The translations under genes were made by a program, and so were the position numbers. This document shows positions 1 to 8,338 of a stretch of 64,000 nt of DNA, piece by piece. How positions within the stretch are numbered: position 1 is the stretch's first letter; every line of letters begins with the position of its first letter. Source of the stretch: Planctomycetota bacterium (GTDB taxonomy: Bacteria; Planctomycetota; PLA2; JAEUHO01); the NCBI GenBank assembly GCA_964228555.1, contig CAXQZU010000009.1, forward strand, positions 14,778-78,777. The letters are read 5' to 3'. The notes below the pieces were generated by a model that worked only from the letters and a program-made list of their open reading frames with translations, was not told where the DNA came from and made no database searches.

Positions 1-135
1 CTGCTCGCGCGCATCGAGGGCCACGGCCTGCTCGCGCTGCAGACCGACGACAGCGCCTCGGCCGAGCGCGTCCTGCGCGAGCGCGGCTTCTCGCTGGCCC
101 ACCAGGACGACCTGGGCGACGCCAGCGACGCCTGA
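1..135 (+). CDS. 3' end of an upstream gene (partial, C-terminal 44 codons), function unknown
   Basis: Open frame runs from the window edge to TGA at 133-135 (LLARIEGHGLLALQTDDSASAERVLRERGFSLAHQDDLGDASDA*), with GC3-rich codon usage. Confidence 0.3.
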   Translation: MLARIEGHGLLALQTDDSASAERVLRERGFSLAHQDDLGDASDA

Positions 136-236
136 GGGCGCACGGCACGGAGGGCCTGCTCGCGCCCCGCCCGCCGGGTCGTACGGCATGCGCACGGGCG
201 CGACGCGGGGCCGGGCTGCGGACCGGCGTGCGCGGA

Positions 237-321
237 TGGTGGCGGCAGAGGGATTCGAACCCCCGTAGGCAAAGCCAGCTGATTTACAGTCAGCCCCCGT
301 TGGCCACTTGGGTATGCCGCC
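237..321 (-). tRNA. tRNA-Tyr (anticodon GTA)
   Basis: Reverse complement reads GGCGGCATACCCAAGTGGCCAACGGGGGCTGACTGTAAATCAGCTGGCTTTGCCTACGGGGGTTCGAATCCCTCTGCCGCCACCA: cloverleaf with long variable arm, GTA anticodon, encoded CCA. Confidence 0.9.
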
Positions 322-363
322 GTGCGCGCAGCCGCGAGCCTGCCGGATCCAGCGCAGCGGGTG

Positions 364-435
364 AGCCGGTGGTCGGGGTTGAACCGACGACCTGCGGTTT
401 ACAAAACCGCTGCTCTACCGCTGAGCTACACCGGC
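364..435 (-). tRNA. tRNA-Thr (anticodon TGT)
   Basis: Reverse complement reads GCCGGTGTAGCTCAGCGGTAGAGCAGCGGTTTTGTAAACCGCAGGTCGTCGGTTCAACCCCGACCACCGGCT: 7-bp acceptor stem, 5-bp anticodon stem, loop TTTGTAA; CCA not encoded. Confidence 0.85.
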
Positions 436-486
436 AGATCGAGAGCGACGGTAGGCGCACGCCCCCCCACCGTCAAGCCCGGCGCA

Positions 487-1608
487 TCACGTGCGGCGCC
501 GGAGGGCCTCGCGCACCTCGTCGAGGGAGGCGCCCCCGAAGCGCCGGCGCACGTGCCGCGCGAGGTCCAGCGCCACGGCCGCCTCCGCCACGATGGCCAG
601 GCGTGACACGGCGCAGGTGTCGCTGCGCTCGATGCGCGCAGGAGCGGCCTCGCCGGTGCGCAGGTCCACGCTCGCCAGCGGGTTGCGCAGGCTGGCCAGC
701 GGCTTCATGGCCGCGCGCAGCACCACGGGCTCGCCGTTGCTGGTGCCGCCCTCGATGCCGCCCGAGCGGTTGCCGGCCCGCCGCGGCCGCCCTCCCTCGC
801 CGGCGGGCGGCAGGATGGCGTCGTGGGCCTGGCTGCCGGGCAGGCGTGCCAGGGCGAAGCCCAGCCCCAGCTCCACGCCCCGCACGGCCTGGATGCCCAT
901 CAGCGCGGACGCGAGCGTGGCGCTGAGCTTGGTCTCGGGTCGCTCGTGGCCGCCCAGGCCCGTGGGCACGCCCGTGGCCACGACCTCGACCACCCCGCCC
1001 AGCGTGTCACCGGCCGCGCGCGCCGCATCGATGGCCGCCCGGGCGCGCGCCTGCGCCGCAGCGGGCCCCAGCGCGTGCAGGTCCGACGCATCGCGCCGCG
1101 TCCGCGCGGCCTCGAGATCCCCGCCCGGCTCACCCGAGAGGTCCACGTCGCCAATCGCCACCACGTGACCCAGCACACGCACGCCCAGCGCCTCGAGGAA
1201 GGCGGCCGCCACGGCCCCCGCCGCCACGCGCACGGCGGTCTCGCGGGCACTGGAGCGCTCGATCACGTCGCGCGCGTCCGCACTGCCGCGGTTGAGGGCC
1301 CCGGCGAGGTCGGCGTGGCCGGGCCGGGGCGCATGCACGGCCGGCAGGTCCCGGTAGGCAGGGTCGCGGTTGGCCACGCTCAACGCGATGGGGTTGCCCG
1401 TCGCATGACCGTCGCGCACGCCCCCGAGGAAGGTCACGACGTCCTGCTCGGTGCGCGGGCGGGCACCCGAGCCGTAGCCCACCTGCCGCGCGGCCAGGCG
1501 CGCATTCACGAACGCCTCGCTCACGGGCGTGCGCGCCGGGATGCCGGCGAGGATGGCCGTGAGCGAGGGCCCGTGGCTCTCGCCGGCTGTCTCGAGGACG
1601 AGCTCCAT
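487..1608 (-). CDS. aroC: chorismate synthase
   Basis: C-terminal 374 aa of ORF 487..2577 match AroC throughout (LETAGESHGP, RPGHAD, GRSSARETA, GGISSG-like GGIEGGTSNG). ATG at 1608 gives MELVLETAGESHGP. Family alignment suggests the true start may lie a few codons upstream: in-frame ATG at 1680, or a GTG/TTG. Confidence 0.85.
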   Translation of the reverse strand: MELVLETAGESHGPSLTAILAGIPARTPVSEAFVNARLAARQVGYGSGARPRTEQDVVTFLGGVRDGHATGNPIALSVANRDPAYRDLPAVHAPRPGHADLAGALNRGSADARDVIERSSARETAVRVAAGAVAAAFLEALGVRVLGHVVAIGDVDLSGEPGGDLEAARTRRDASDLHALGPAAAQARARAAIDAARAAGDTLGGVVEVVATGVPTGLGGHERPETKLSATLASALMGIQAVRGVELGLGFALARLPGSQAHDAILPPAGEGGRPRRAGNRSGGIEGGTSNGEPVVLRAAMKPLASLRNPLASVDLRTGEAAPARIERSDTCAVSRLAIVAEAAVALDLARHVRRRFGGASLDEVREALRRRT

Positions 1609-1701
1609 GCCCGCACTGTACGGGTCACCCCGCGGGAGCGAAGCGGGCGGCCGGGCAGCCCACCGCGCCGGCCCACGCATGGCGGGTAGCATCGCGGGTG
1701 C

Positions 1702-2604
1702 ATGGCCGCCCAGCCTCCCCCCGAGCCCGCCCCGCCCCCGCGCGCCGCGCCGCAGCCCCGCGGCGAGCTGGGCAAGCGCCTGGAGCGGGTGGTGCTCGAG
1801 CAGCGGCCGCCGGTGTTCGAGGGCAAGGGCAAGATCGTGGCGCTCATCTTCGCGCTGGCGCTGGGCGGGATGATCGTGCAGTGGACCATGGGCGAGGCCG
1901 CCTCGCCGCTGGCCAAGGCCGTGCGCGAACGCGCCGAGCAAGATGCCTCCGGCACCTCGCAGCCCCTCGCCGCGCCGCCCGCGGCTGCGGCGCGCGTCCC
2001 CGAGGCCCCTGGCTCGCGCAACGCCCGAGGCTCCTCCGCCGCGGAGCCCCGCCCGCTCGAGGCCACCCCCGCGGCGCAAGGCGCAGCCAGCGAGCCCGCC
2101 GCGGGCACCGCACCGTCCGCGCCACCGGCCGCGCCGGCCGCCGAGGGCACCATCGTGGCCAGTGCGCTGCAGCTGGCGCTGGCTGCCCAGCGCGCCCCGC
2201 TGGCGGACCGCCCCGCCCTGCGGCAGGTCGCGCTGCACGCCTTCGCCGAGATGGCCGGCACGCCAGGCCGGCGGCGGGCCGCGCTGGAGGCCGCACTGCG
2301 GCTGGCCGGCGACGCCATGCCGGAGGAGTCCGAGCAGTGGACCCGGCTGCGCGATGCAGCCCTCGAGGCGCTGGCCTCCACCGCCGACGCAGCGCTGGGC
2401 ATCACCTTCCTCGCCGCGCGCTTCGACCGTGGCGGCGATGCGGGACAGGCCGCCCTCGAACGCATCGTGGACGACGAGCGTGCCCCGCTGGAGCTGCGCG
2501 TGCAGGCCGCGCGGTCCCTGACCGCGGCCCGGCGCACGAAGATGGCCGCGCGGGTGGGCTCCCGCCGCGAGGCGCACCCGCTGCTGCTGGGCGCGCTGCG
2601 CTAG
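1702..2604 (+). CDS. hypothetical membrane-anchored protein (one TM helix, Ala/Pro-rich linker)
   Basis: ATG ORF divergent from aroC; hydrophobic helix IVALIFALALGGMIVQW; non-repetitive C-terminal region; no recognisable family. Confidence 0.45.
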   Translation: MAAQPPPEPAPPPRAAPQPRGELGKRLERVVLEQRPPVFEGKGKIVALIFALALGGMIVQWTMGEAASPLAKAVRERAEQDASGTSQPLAAPPAAAARVPEAPGSRNARGSSAAEPRPLEATPAAQGAASEPAAGTAPSAPPAAPAAEGTIVASALQLALAAQRAPLADRPALRQVALHAFAEMAGTPGRRRAALEAALRLAGDAMPEESEQWTRLRDAALEALASTADAALGITFLAARFDRGGDAGQAALERIVDDERAPLELRVQAARSLTAARRTKMAARVGSRREAHPLLLGALR

Positions 2605-2643
2605 GCTGCTGGGCGCCTTGCGCCAGGCACGCCTCGCAGGGCC

Positions 2644-3948
2644 CTAGCGAGCGGCGGGCACCAGCACGTGCCGGCCCCCGGTGCGTCGGGCCAGGGCGCG
2701 CATCAGGGGATGGTCCACGCCCCCCAGCACCACCGCGTGGACCACGGTGCGCGCAAGGTCGAGCCGCTCCAGCCGCTCGGCCACCACCTCCAGCGGGGTG
2801 CGATCGCTCGTGTCCCGGCCATCGCTGGCCAGCACGAGGGCGATGGCTTCCGGCGGCTCTCGCCCCGCCGCGCGCAAGTCCTCCAGGCGGCGCCGCTGCA
2901 GCGCCATCCCGGCCAGCAGGGCCGTGTGCAGGTCCGTGCTGTGGCCGGGAGCGACGGAGCGCAGGAACAGGTGCAAGGCTTCCTTGGCACGCGGCGTGGC
3001 CTGGACCAGGCGCGGCTCGAAGGTCCTCAACTCGTCGGCGAACAGGATCACGCTGAACCACGCGTCGCTGGGCAAGCGCTCCACGGCCTGCTCGAGGGCA
3101 CGGCGAACCTGCCCCACCCCGCCGGACCCCAACGATCCGCTCAGGTCCACCACGAAGACCACGTCCTTGGAGGTGATGGGCAGGCCCAGGAAGCTGGGCA
3201 CGAGGCCGCGCACGGCGGCGGGGGGCGACGCCTGCACGGGACGCGACGGCTCCACCGTGGATCCGGGCGCCGACGCTGCGGGCGCGGGCGGCGCCAGCAC
3301 AGCCCGCGGCGCGGCGCGCCAGGCCACGGGATCGAGGCCGAGCGGCAGGCCGGTCAGCCGCTCGAGGCTCTCGGCCGCCGCCGTCGCAGCACGCGGGTGC
3401 GCGTCGTCCAGCGCGGCCAGCAGCACGGGCAGCACGTCGGCGCGGCGGCGCTCCCCCAGCAGGAGCAGCAGGCTGGCACGGAAGGTGGGATCCTGGTCCT
3501 GCCGCAGCAGTTGCTGCGCCTGCTCCACGAGGGACTCCGGGGCCTGCGCGACGGCCGCGCGCGCCCGCGCGAGGCAAGCCGCATCCTGCTCCTCCAGCGC
3601 AGCGATCAGCAAGCCCGTCCAGGCCTCAGGGCCACCGACGCGGGCCAGCGCCGCAACCAGCGCGCACCGCACGACCGGCTCGCGCTCGTCGGCCCACGCG
3701 CCGCGCAGCACGCGCGCCGCCGCGCGCTGCTGGTCCGCACGCATGGCGCCGGGTGCAGGCACCCAGCCATCCACCGCGGCGGCCCGCTGCGCCGGCGCGG
3801 GCTCGCGCAGGCCCTTGCGCAGGGCCTCCACGGCCGTGCGTGGCTCGTCGCCGCGCGCCGCGCCGGCCAGCAGGCACCCGCCGCAGGTGCCCAGCAGCAG
3901 GCCCGCCAGCACCGCGCCCGCGATGCCTGCGCCTGCGCGCGCAGGCAC
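2644..3948 (-). CDS. HEAT-repeat and von Willebrand factor A (VWA) domain protein, N-terminal hydrophobic anchor
   Basis: C-terminal part of ORF 2644..5595. VWA/MIDAS signature VVFVVDLSGSLGSGG with downstream SDG and DHPL; upstream PBS-lyase-type HEAT repeats. GTG start at 3948 overlaps the TAG stop of the upstream HEAT gene by 1 nt (TAGTG), followed by a hydrophobic stretch AGIAGAVLAGLLLGTCGGC. Confidence 0.7.
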   Translation of the reverse strand: MPARAGAGIAGAVLAGLLLGTCGGCLLAGAARGDEPRTAVEALRKGLREPAPAQRAAAVDGWVPAPGAMRADQQRAAARVLRGAWADEREPVVRCALVAALARVGGPEAWTGLLIAALEEQDAACLARARAAVAQAPESLVEQAQQLLRQDQDPTFRASLLLLLGERRRADVLPVLLAALDDAHPRAATAAAESLERLTGLPLGLDPVAWRAAPRAVLAPPAPAASAPGSTVEPSRPVQASPPAAVRGLVPSFLGLPITSKDVVFVVDLSGSLGSGGVGQVRRALEQAVERLPSDAWFSVILFADELRTFEPRLVQATPRAKEALHLFLRSVAPGHSTDLHTALLAGMALQRRRLEDLRAAGREPPEAIALVLASDGRDTSDRTPLEVVAERLERLDLARTVVHAVVLGGVDHPLMRALARRTGGRHVLVPAAR

Positions 3949-5447
3949 TAGCGCGACTCCGAGGCCGCCGCCCCGGCCGAGCGAGCCGCTCGCAGGGCCT
4001 CGGGAAGGGCCCGCTGCACCTCGGGAGGCAGGTCCGTGCGCGCCTCCCACGCCTCCAGGCGCGCGAGTGCAGCAGTCCCGCCCAGCGCGCCCAAGGCCTG
4101 CACCACGGCGACGCGCGTGGCCGCGCTGCCCGGCTCGAAGAGCTCGGCCGCCTCCGCCACGTGCGAGCGCGCACGCGCACCCTGGGAGCGCAGCAGGTGG
4201 AGCGCACTGTTGCGCACGCGGTCGCTGGGGTCGCGCAGCGACTCCACGGCCACAGGCAGGGCCTTGGGCTCGCGCAAGCGGGCCAGCACGTCGAGCAGGC
4301 CGCTGCGGGCCTGGTCGTCCAGCCGCGCCGCACCGGATCGCCCCAGCGCGCCGATCAAGGCAGCACGCGCGCCCGGCGTGGCCGTGGGCACGCTGGCCAA
4401 GGCCAGGCGGGCACGCTGCCCGTGCTCGCCCGCCTGCGCGCTGGCCGCCAGCAGGTGCTCGACACTGCGCTCGTCCCCCACCCGGGCCAAGGCCTCCACC
4501 ACGTCCTGCCGCAGCGACGCGGGGCGTGCCTCGCTGTCCAGCGCCACGAGCGCCGCGCTCACACCGCTGGCACCCGGCTGCCCAGCCAGCCGCACCAGCA
4601 CCTGCAAGGCCTCGGGCGTGGCGGCCCTCCCCAGCGCCTCGGCCAGCACCGCCTGGGCCGCCGTGTCGTCGCCAAGACCGGCTCGCCAGCCCAGTGCCGG
4701 CACGCGGCCGGCGCTGCGCAGGGCGTACTCCGTCACGGCGCGCATGCCCTCGGCCCCGCCGCGCAACGCCAGCGCATGGAGCACGTCGGCATCCGCGGCC
4801 CCATCCCGTCCCAGCCGCCCGGCCAGTGCCTGCACCACGTCCGCCTCGCTCGCCCCACGGAAGGTGGCGGCCGACTGCAGCGCCGCCAGCCGCACGCCCG
4901 GCTCCAGGCCCGCCTCGTCGCTCAAGTCCAGCAGGCCGCGCAGCAACGCAGGATCCGCCGCGCGGGCCAGCGCGGGCACCAGCCCCGGGGGAGGTGCCCG
5001 GCGCAGCAGGTCCAGCAGGGCCTCCCGCGCGACCTCGTCGAGGGACTCGCCCTCGGGCATGGCCTGCAGCACCTCGCCCAGCACGGCGCTGCGCACGGGC
5101 CGCTGCGCCAGGGCGGCGGCCAGCGCCTCGCGTCGTTGCGTGGCCGTGGCCAGGCCCGGCGCCACGGGCTCGCGCATGCCCGGCGGCACGGCACCGACCA
5201 CCACGGCCGCAGGTGCGGGCGGCGCAGCGGCCGGGACGCGGGCTGCGCCCGGCGCGGCCGCAGCCTCGTCCGCAGGGCCCGCTGGGGCGGCCTCGGGCCG
5301 CGGCCCCGGCGCCTCGAGGGGCTCGTCGCCAGGTCCCGGGCCGGGTCCCTGCCACACGGCCCACGCTGCGACAAGGAGCAGCAGGGCGCACAGCACGGTC
5401 AAGGCGGCGCGCAGCGGGACGCTCACGGGCTGGGGCCTCCAGGTCAC
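3948..5447 (-). CDS. HEAT-repeat protein with N-terminal TM helix
   Basis: 499-aa ORF with TM LTVLCALLLLVAAWAVW, a Pro/Ala linker, then multiple HEAT-like repeats (VRLAALQSAATFRG..., LRDPSDRVRNSALHLL). Stop coupled to the downstream VWA gene. Confidence 0.65.
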   Translation of the reverse strand: MTWRPQPVSVPLRAALTVLCALLLLVAAWAVWQGPGPGPGDEPLEAPGPRPEAAPAGPADEAAAAPGAARVPAAAPPAPAAVVVGAVPPGMREPVAPGLATATQRREALAAALAQRPVRSAVLGEVLQAMPEGESLDEVAREALLDLLRRAPPPGLVPALARAADPALLRGLLDLSDEAGLEPGVRLAALQSAATFRGASEADVVQALAGRLGRDGAADADVLHALALRGGAEGMRAVTEYALRSAGRVPALGWRAGLGDDTAAQAVLAEALGRAATPEALQVLVRLAGQPGASGVSAALVALDSEARPASLRQDVVEALARVGDERSVEHLLAASAQAGEHGQRARLALASVPTATPGARAALIGALGRSGAARLDDQARSGLLDVLARLREPKALPVAVESLRDPSDRVRNSALHLLRSQGARARSHVAEAAELFEPGSAATRVAVVQALGALGGTAALARLEAWEARTDLPPEVQRALPEALRAARSAGAAASESR

Positions 5448-5498
5448 ACCAGCCTAGCGCCGGTGCGGCGCGCGCCGGGCGCCAGCCGCCGGACCCGC

Positions 5499-6230
5499 CT
5501 AGGCACGCACCCGGGCCGCCTCGGCCATGAACTCGCGGAACAGGCTGCGGGTGAGCGCTTCCGCGCCCAGCCGCTCCGGGTGCCACTGCACGCACTGGAA
5601 GAAGGCGCCGCCCAGCGCTTCCATGCCTTCCACCACCCCGTCCTGCGCTCGCGCCGTGATGCGGAAGAGGGGCGCCACGCGCTGCACGCTCTGGTGATGG
5701 AAGGAGTTCACGACAACCTCGTCTTCGCCCGCCAGGCGCTGCAGGCCCGTGCCAGCCTCGAGGCGCACCGGATGGCTTGCGTCCGAGGGCGCCTTGCCGG
5801 CCGGCGAGTGCACGCCCGCCCCTGGCAGCTCGCTGGGGATGTCCTGCACGAGGGTGCCCCCGAAGGCCACGTTGGCCACCTGCATCCCGCGGCAGATCGC
5901 GAGGATGGGCAAGTGGGCAGCGTGGGCAGCGCGCACCAGCGCCAGCTCGAAGGCGTCGCGCGCCTTGTCCACCTCGCCGAGGCGAGGGTGCGGCGCGACG
6001 CCATACTCGCTGGGGTCCACGTCCACGCCGCCCGACAGCAACAGGCCGTCCAGCCGCGCCACGTAGGACGCTGCCTCCCCGGGCAGCACGCTGGGCAGCA
6101 TCAACGGCAGCCCCCCAGCCTCCTGCACGCGCTCCACGTAGTTGCAGTAGAGCCCGAAGCGGGGCTGCTCGCTGCTGGCGACTGCCTTGCCTTGGAGCGT
6201 GCTGGTGGTGATGCCGATGACCGGGCGCAT
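5499..6230 (-). CDS. gamma-glutamyl-GABA hydrolase-like class I glutamine amidotransferase (peptidase C26 family)
   Basis: ILAICRGMQ catalytic Cys motif, FQCVQWHPE His motif, and N-terminal PVIGIT; matches the PuuD/C26 fold. Confidence 0.8.
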   Translation of the reverse strand: MRPVIGITTSTLQGKAVASSEQPRFGLYCNYVERVQEAGGLPLMLPSVLPGEAASYVARLDGLLLSGGVDVDPSEYGVAPHPRLGEVDKARDAFELALVRAAHAAHLPILAICRGMQVANVAFGGTLVQDIPSELPGAGVHSPAGKAPSDASHPVRLEAGTGLQRLAGEDEVVVNSFHHQSVQRVAPLFRITARAQDGVVEGMEALGGAFFQCVQWHPERLGAEALTRSLFREFMAEAARVRA

Positions 6231-6305
6231 GCGCCCATCCTACGGCGCACGGCGCACGAGCCTGCCTGCGCAGGCAGCGTCACCGGGCTCTGGCAGCATC
6301 TGGGC

Positions 6306-7349
6306 ATGGGTGCCCCCCGTCCCGCCCGCGTCGAGGCCCGTGCCCCCGTGCGCCTGGACCTTGCCGGCGGCACGCTCGACATCTGGCCCCTGTACCTGAC
6401 GCTGCCGCCTCCGGCCGTCACCGTCAACGTGGCGCTGGACGTGCCCGCGCGCGTGACCATCACGGCGCTGCCGCCGGGCGACCGCACCATCCGGCTGCGC
6501 AGCCTCGACCGGGACGCAGAAGCCTCCTACGCCGGCCTCGACGCCCTGCGCGAGGCGCTGGCACGCGGGGCAGGGCCCCTCAAGCTGCTGGCACGCGCGG
6601 TGGACGCGGTGGCGCCCGAAGGCGGGTTCGAGCTGGTGACGGAGGCCGCCAGCCCGGTCGGTGCCGGCCTGGGCGGCAGCTCGGCGCTGCTCATCACCGT
6701 GCTGGGCGCGTTGCACGAGCTTGCCGGCCGCCCGCGCGAGCCGCACGCGCTGCGCGCGCTGGCGCAGGACCTCGAGGCCTGGGTGCTGCGCGGGCCTGCG
6801 GGCTACCAGGACTACTACCCGCCGCTGCTGGGCGGCTGCCTCTCGCTGGAGGGCCGTCCGGGCGGGCTGCTCACCGAGCACCTGCCCGTGGACCTCGACG
6901 CCCTCGCGTCGCGCCTGCGCCTCGTCTACACCGGCGCGCCGCACGACAGCGGCCTGACGAACTGGGGCACGCTGCGCGCCTACCTCGACGGCGAGGAGCC
7001 CACCGTGCGCGCACTGCATGCCATCGCTGACTGCGCGCGCGAGGTGCGGCGCGCGCTGAAGGCGGGTGACATCGACACCGCGCTGCGTGCGGTCGTGGAC
7101 GAGGGCAGCGTGCGCCTGAGGCTGGCGCCGGGCGTGAGCACGCCCGGGATCGAGGCCCTCGACCGCGCCGCCCGGGCCGCCGGCGCCTGGGGCACGAAGA
7201 TCTGCGGGGCGGGCGGCGGGGGCTGCGTGATGGTGGTGCTGCCCCCCCAGCCGCTGGGCACGGCGCTGGACGAGGCGCTGGCCCAGCCGGGCTGCCGCTC
7301 GATCCCCGTGCGGCTGGTGCCGGGGGGACTGTCGGTTCGGCGTGCCTAG
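6306..7349 (+). CDS. GHMP kinase, heptose-7-phosphate kinase / fucokinase-like subgroup
   Basis: C-terminal 347 aa of the spurious 1198-aa ORF 3753..7349. APVRLDLAGGTLDIWPLY (RxSxxGGGTD-like), PVGAGLGGSSALLITVLGAL (GHMP ATP motif), KICGAGGGGCVMVV (motif 3). ATG at 6306. Confidence 0.8.
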   Translation: MGAPRPARVEARAPVRLDLAGGTLDIWPLYLTLPPPAVTVNVALDVPARVTITALPPGDRTIRLRSLDRDAEASYAGLDALREALARGAGPLKLLARAVDAVAPEGGFELVTEAASPVGAGLGGSSALLITVLGALHELAGRPREPHALRALAQDLEAWVLRGPAGYQDYYPPLLGGCLSLEGRPGGLLTEHLPVDLDALASRLRLVYTGAPHDSGLTNWGTLRAYLDGEEPTVRALHAIADCAREVRRALKAGDIDTALRAVVDEGSVRLRLAPGVSTPGIEALDRAARAAGAWGTKICGAGGGGCVMVVLPPQPLGTALDEALAQPGCRSIPVRLVPGGLSVRRA

Positions 7350-8025
7350 CGATTCGCGCCTCGCTGCGGTCGTCTTCGACCTTGACGACACGCTCTACGA
7401 CGCGTTCACGCAGTGCGTGCGCCCTGCGCAGCGCGAGGCTGCGCACGCCATGCTGCGCGCCGGCCTGCGCGCGCCCCTCGAGGCCCTCGTCGCGGCCCGG
7501 GAGGCGCTGGCCGGGAGTCCCGGCGACCTCGACGAGGTGCTGGCCCGGCGCTGGCCCTGCGACGACCCCGCGGGCGTGGCGCGGGCCGGGCGCGAGGCCT
7601 TCCTGGTGCGCGATCCCGGGCCGCTGGTGCCGTACGCCTTCACCCGCCCGGTGCTGGAGGCGGTGCGCGCCTGTGCGCAGGCCGTGCTGCTCACGGCAGG
7701 CCACCCGCCCACGCAGCAGGCCAAGGTGCAGAGGCTAGGCCTCGGCGACCTGCTGGACCCCCACCTGTGGGTGGATACCGCCGCCGGCCAGTCCAAGGCG
7801 GGCGTGCTGCGAGCGTGGATGCGGCAGGCCGGCCTCGCTGCGGCCAAGGTGCTGGTGGTGGGCGACCGCCCGCAGGCCGAGATCGAGGCTGCCCTGCAGC
7901 TGGGCTGCCCAGCGCTGCGCATCCGGGCCGGCGAGTGCGCCCACCAGCCCACGCCACCCGGGGTGCCCGAGGCGCCCGACATCCGGGCCGTGCTGGGATG
8001 GCTCGAGGGCCCGCGCCCGGCGTGA
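7342..8025 (+). CDS. HAD-superfamily hydrolase (subfamily IA phosphatase-like)
   Basis: Motif I VVFDLDDTLYD, motif II LLTAGH, motif III K...VVGDR. Start overlaps the kinase stop by 8 nt, suggesting a coupled kinase/phosphatase pair. Confidence 0.75.
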   Translation: MPSDSRLAAVVFDLDDTLYDAFTQCVRPAQREAAHAMLRAGLRAPLEALVAAREALAGSPGDLDEVLARRWPCDDPAGVARAGREAFLVRDPGPLVPYAFTRPVLEAVRACAQAVLLTAGHPPTQQAKVQRLGLGDLLDPHLWVDTAAGQSKAGVLRAWMRQAGLAAAKVLVVGDRPQAEIEAALQLGCPALRIRAGECAHQPTPPGVPEAPDIRAVLGWLEGPRPA

Positions 8026-8050
8026 GGCAGGCAGGGCCGGCCCCGGTAGA

Positions 8051-8338
8051 GTGCGGGGGTCCCGCCGGAGGCCCGCCGTGAAGCAGCTGACTGCCCTCGA
8101 GGATGCCGCCCTGCGCTTCATCCTGGGCACGTTGCACGAGTCCAACGGCTGGCTGGACCTCACGCGCATCTGCAGCCGCACCGGGCGCCACCTGGGCGAC
8201 GTGCGTGATGCCGTGGCGCGCCTCGTGCGCCGGCGTCTCGTGCAGGTGGACGAGTCCGCGCCCAGCACCGAGCGCTGGCTGCGCTTCGTCACGCCGGGAG
8301 CCGAGGTGACCGCCGCGGGGTCGCCGCCGCGCGCCTAG
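8051..8338 (+). CDS. small hypothetical protein, possible winged-helix regulator
   Basis: 95-aa ORF convergent with the acylase gene; LTRICSRTGRHLGDVRDAVARLVRRRLVQV resembles a wHTH recognition helix. Weak call. Confidence 0.35.
   Translation: MRGSRRRPAVKQLTALEDAALRFILGTLHESNGWLDLTRICSRTGRHLGDVRDAVARLVRRRLVQVDESAPSTERWLRFVTPGAEVTAAGSPPRA

Noticed and set aside
2681-5530. 949-aa plus-strand ORF and the N-terminal 5595-3951 part of the 983-aa minus ORF
   Set aside because: Pro/Arg/Ala-rich junk typical of alternative frames in 70% GC DNA. The real genes are the minus-strand HEAT (3948-5447) and HEAT/VWA (2644-3948) frames, which carry the motifs.
3753-7349. 1198-aa plus-strand ORF
   Set aside because: Arg/Ala/Gly-rich low-complexity translation antisense to the HEAT/VWA and amidotransferase genes. 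Only its last 347 codons (GHMP kinase, ATG 6306) show family motifs.
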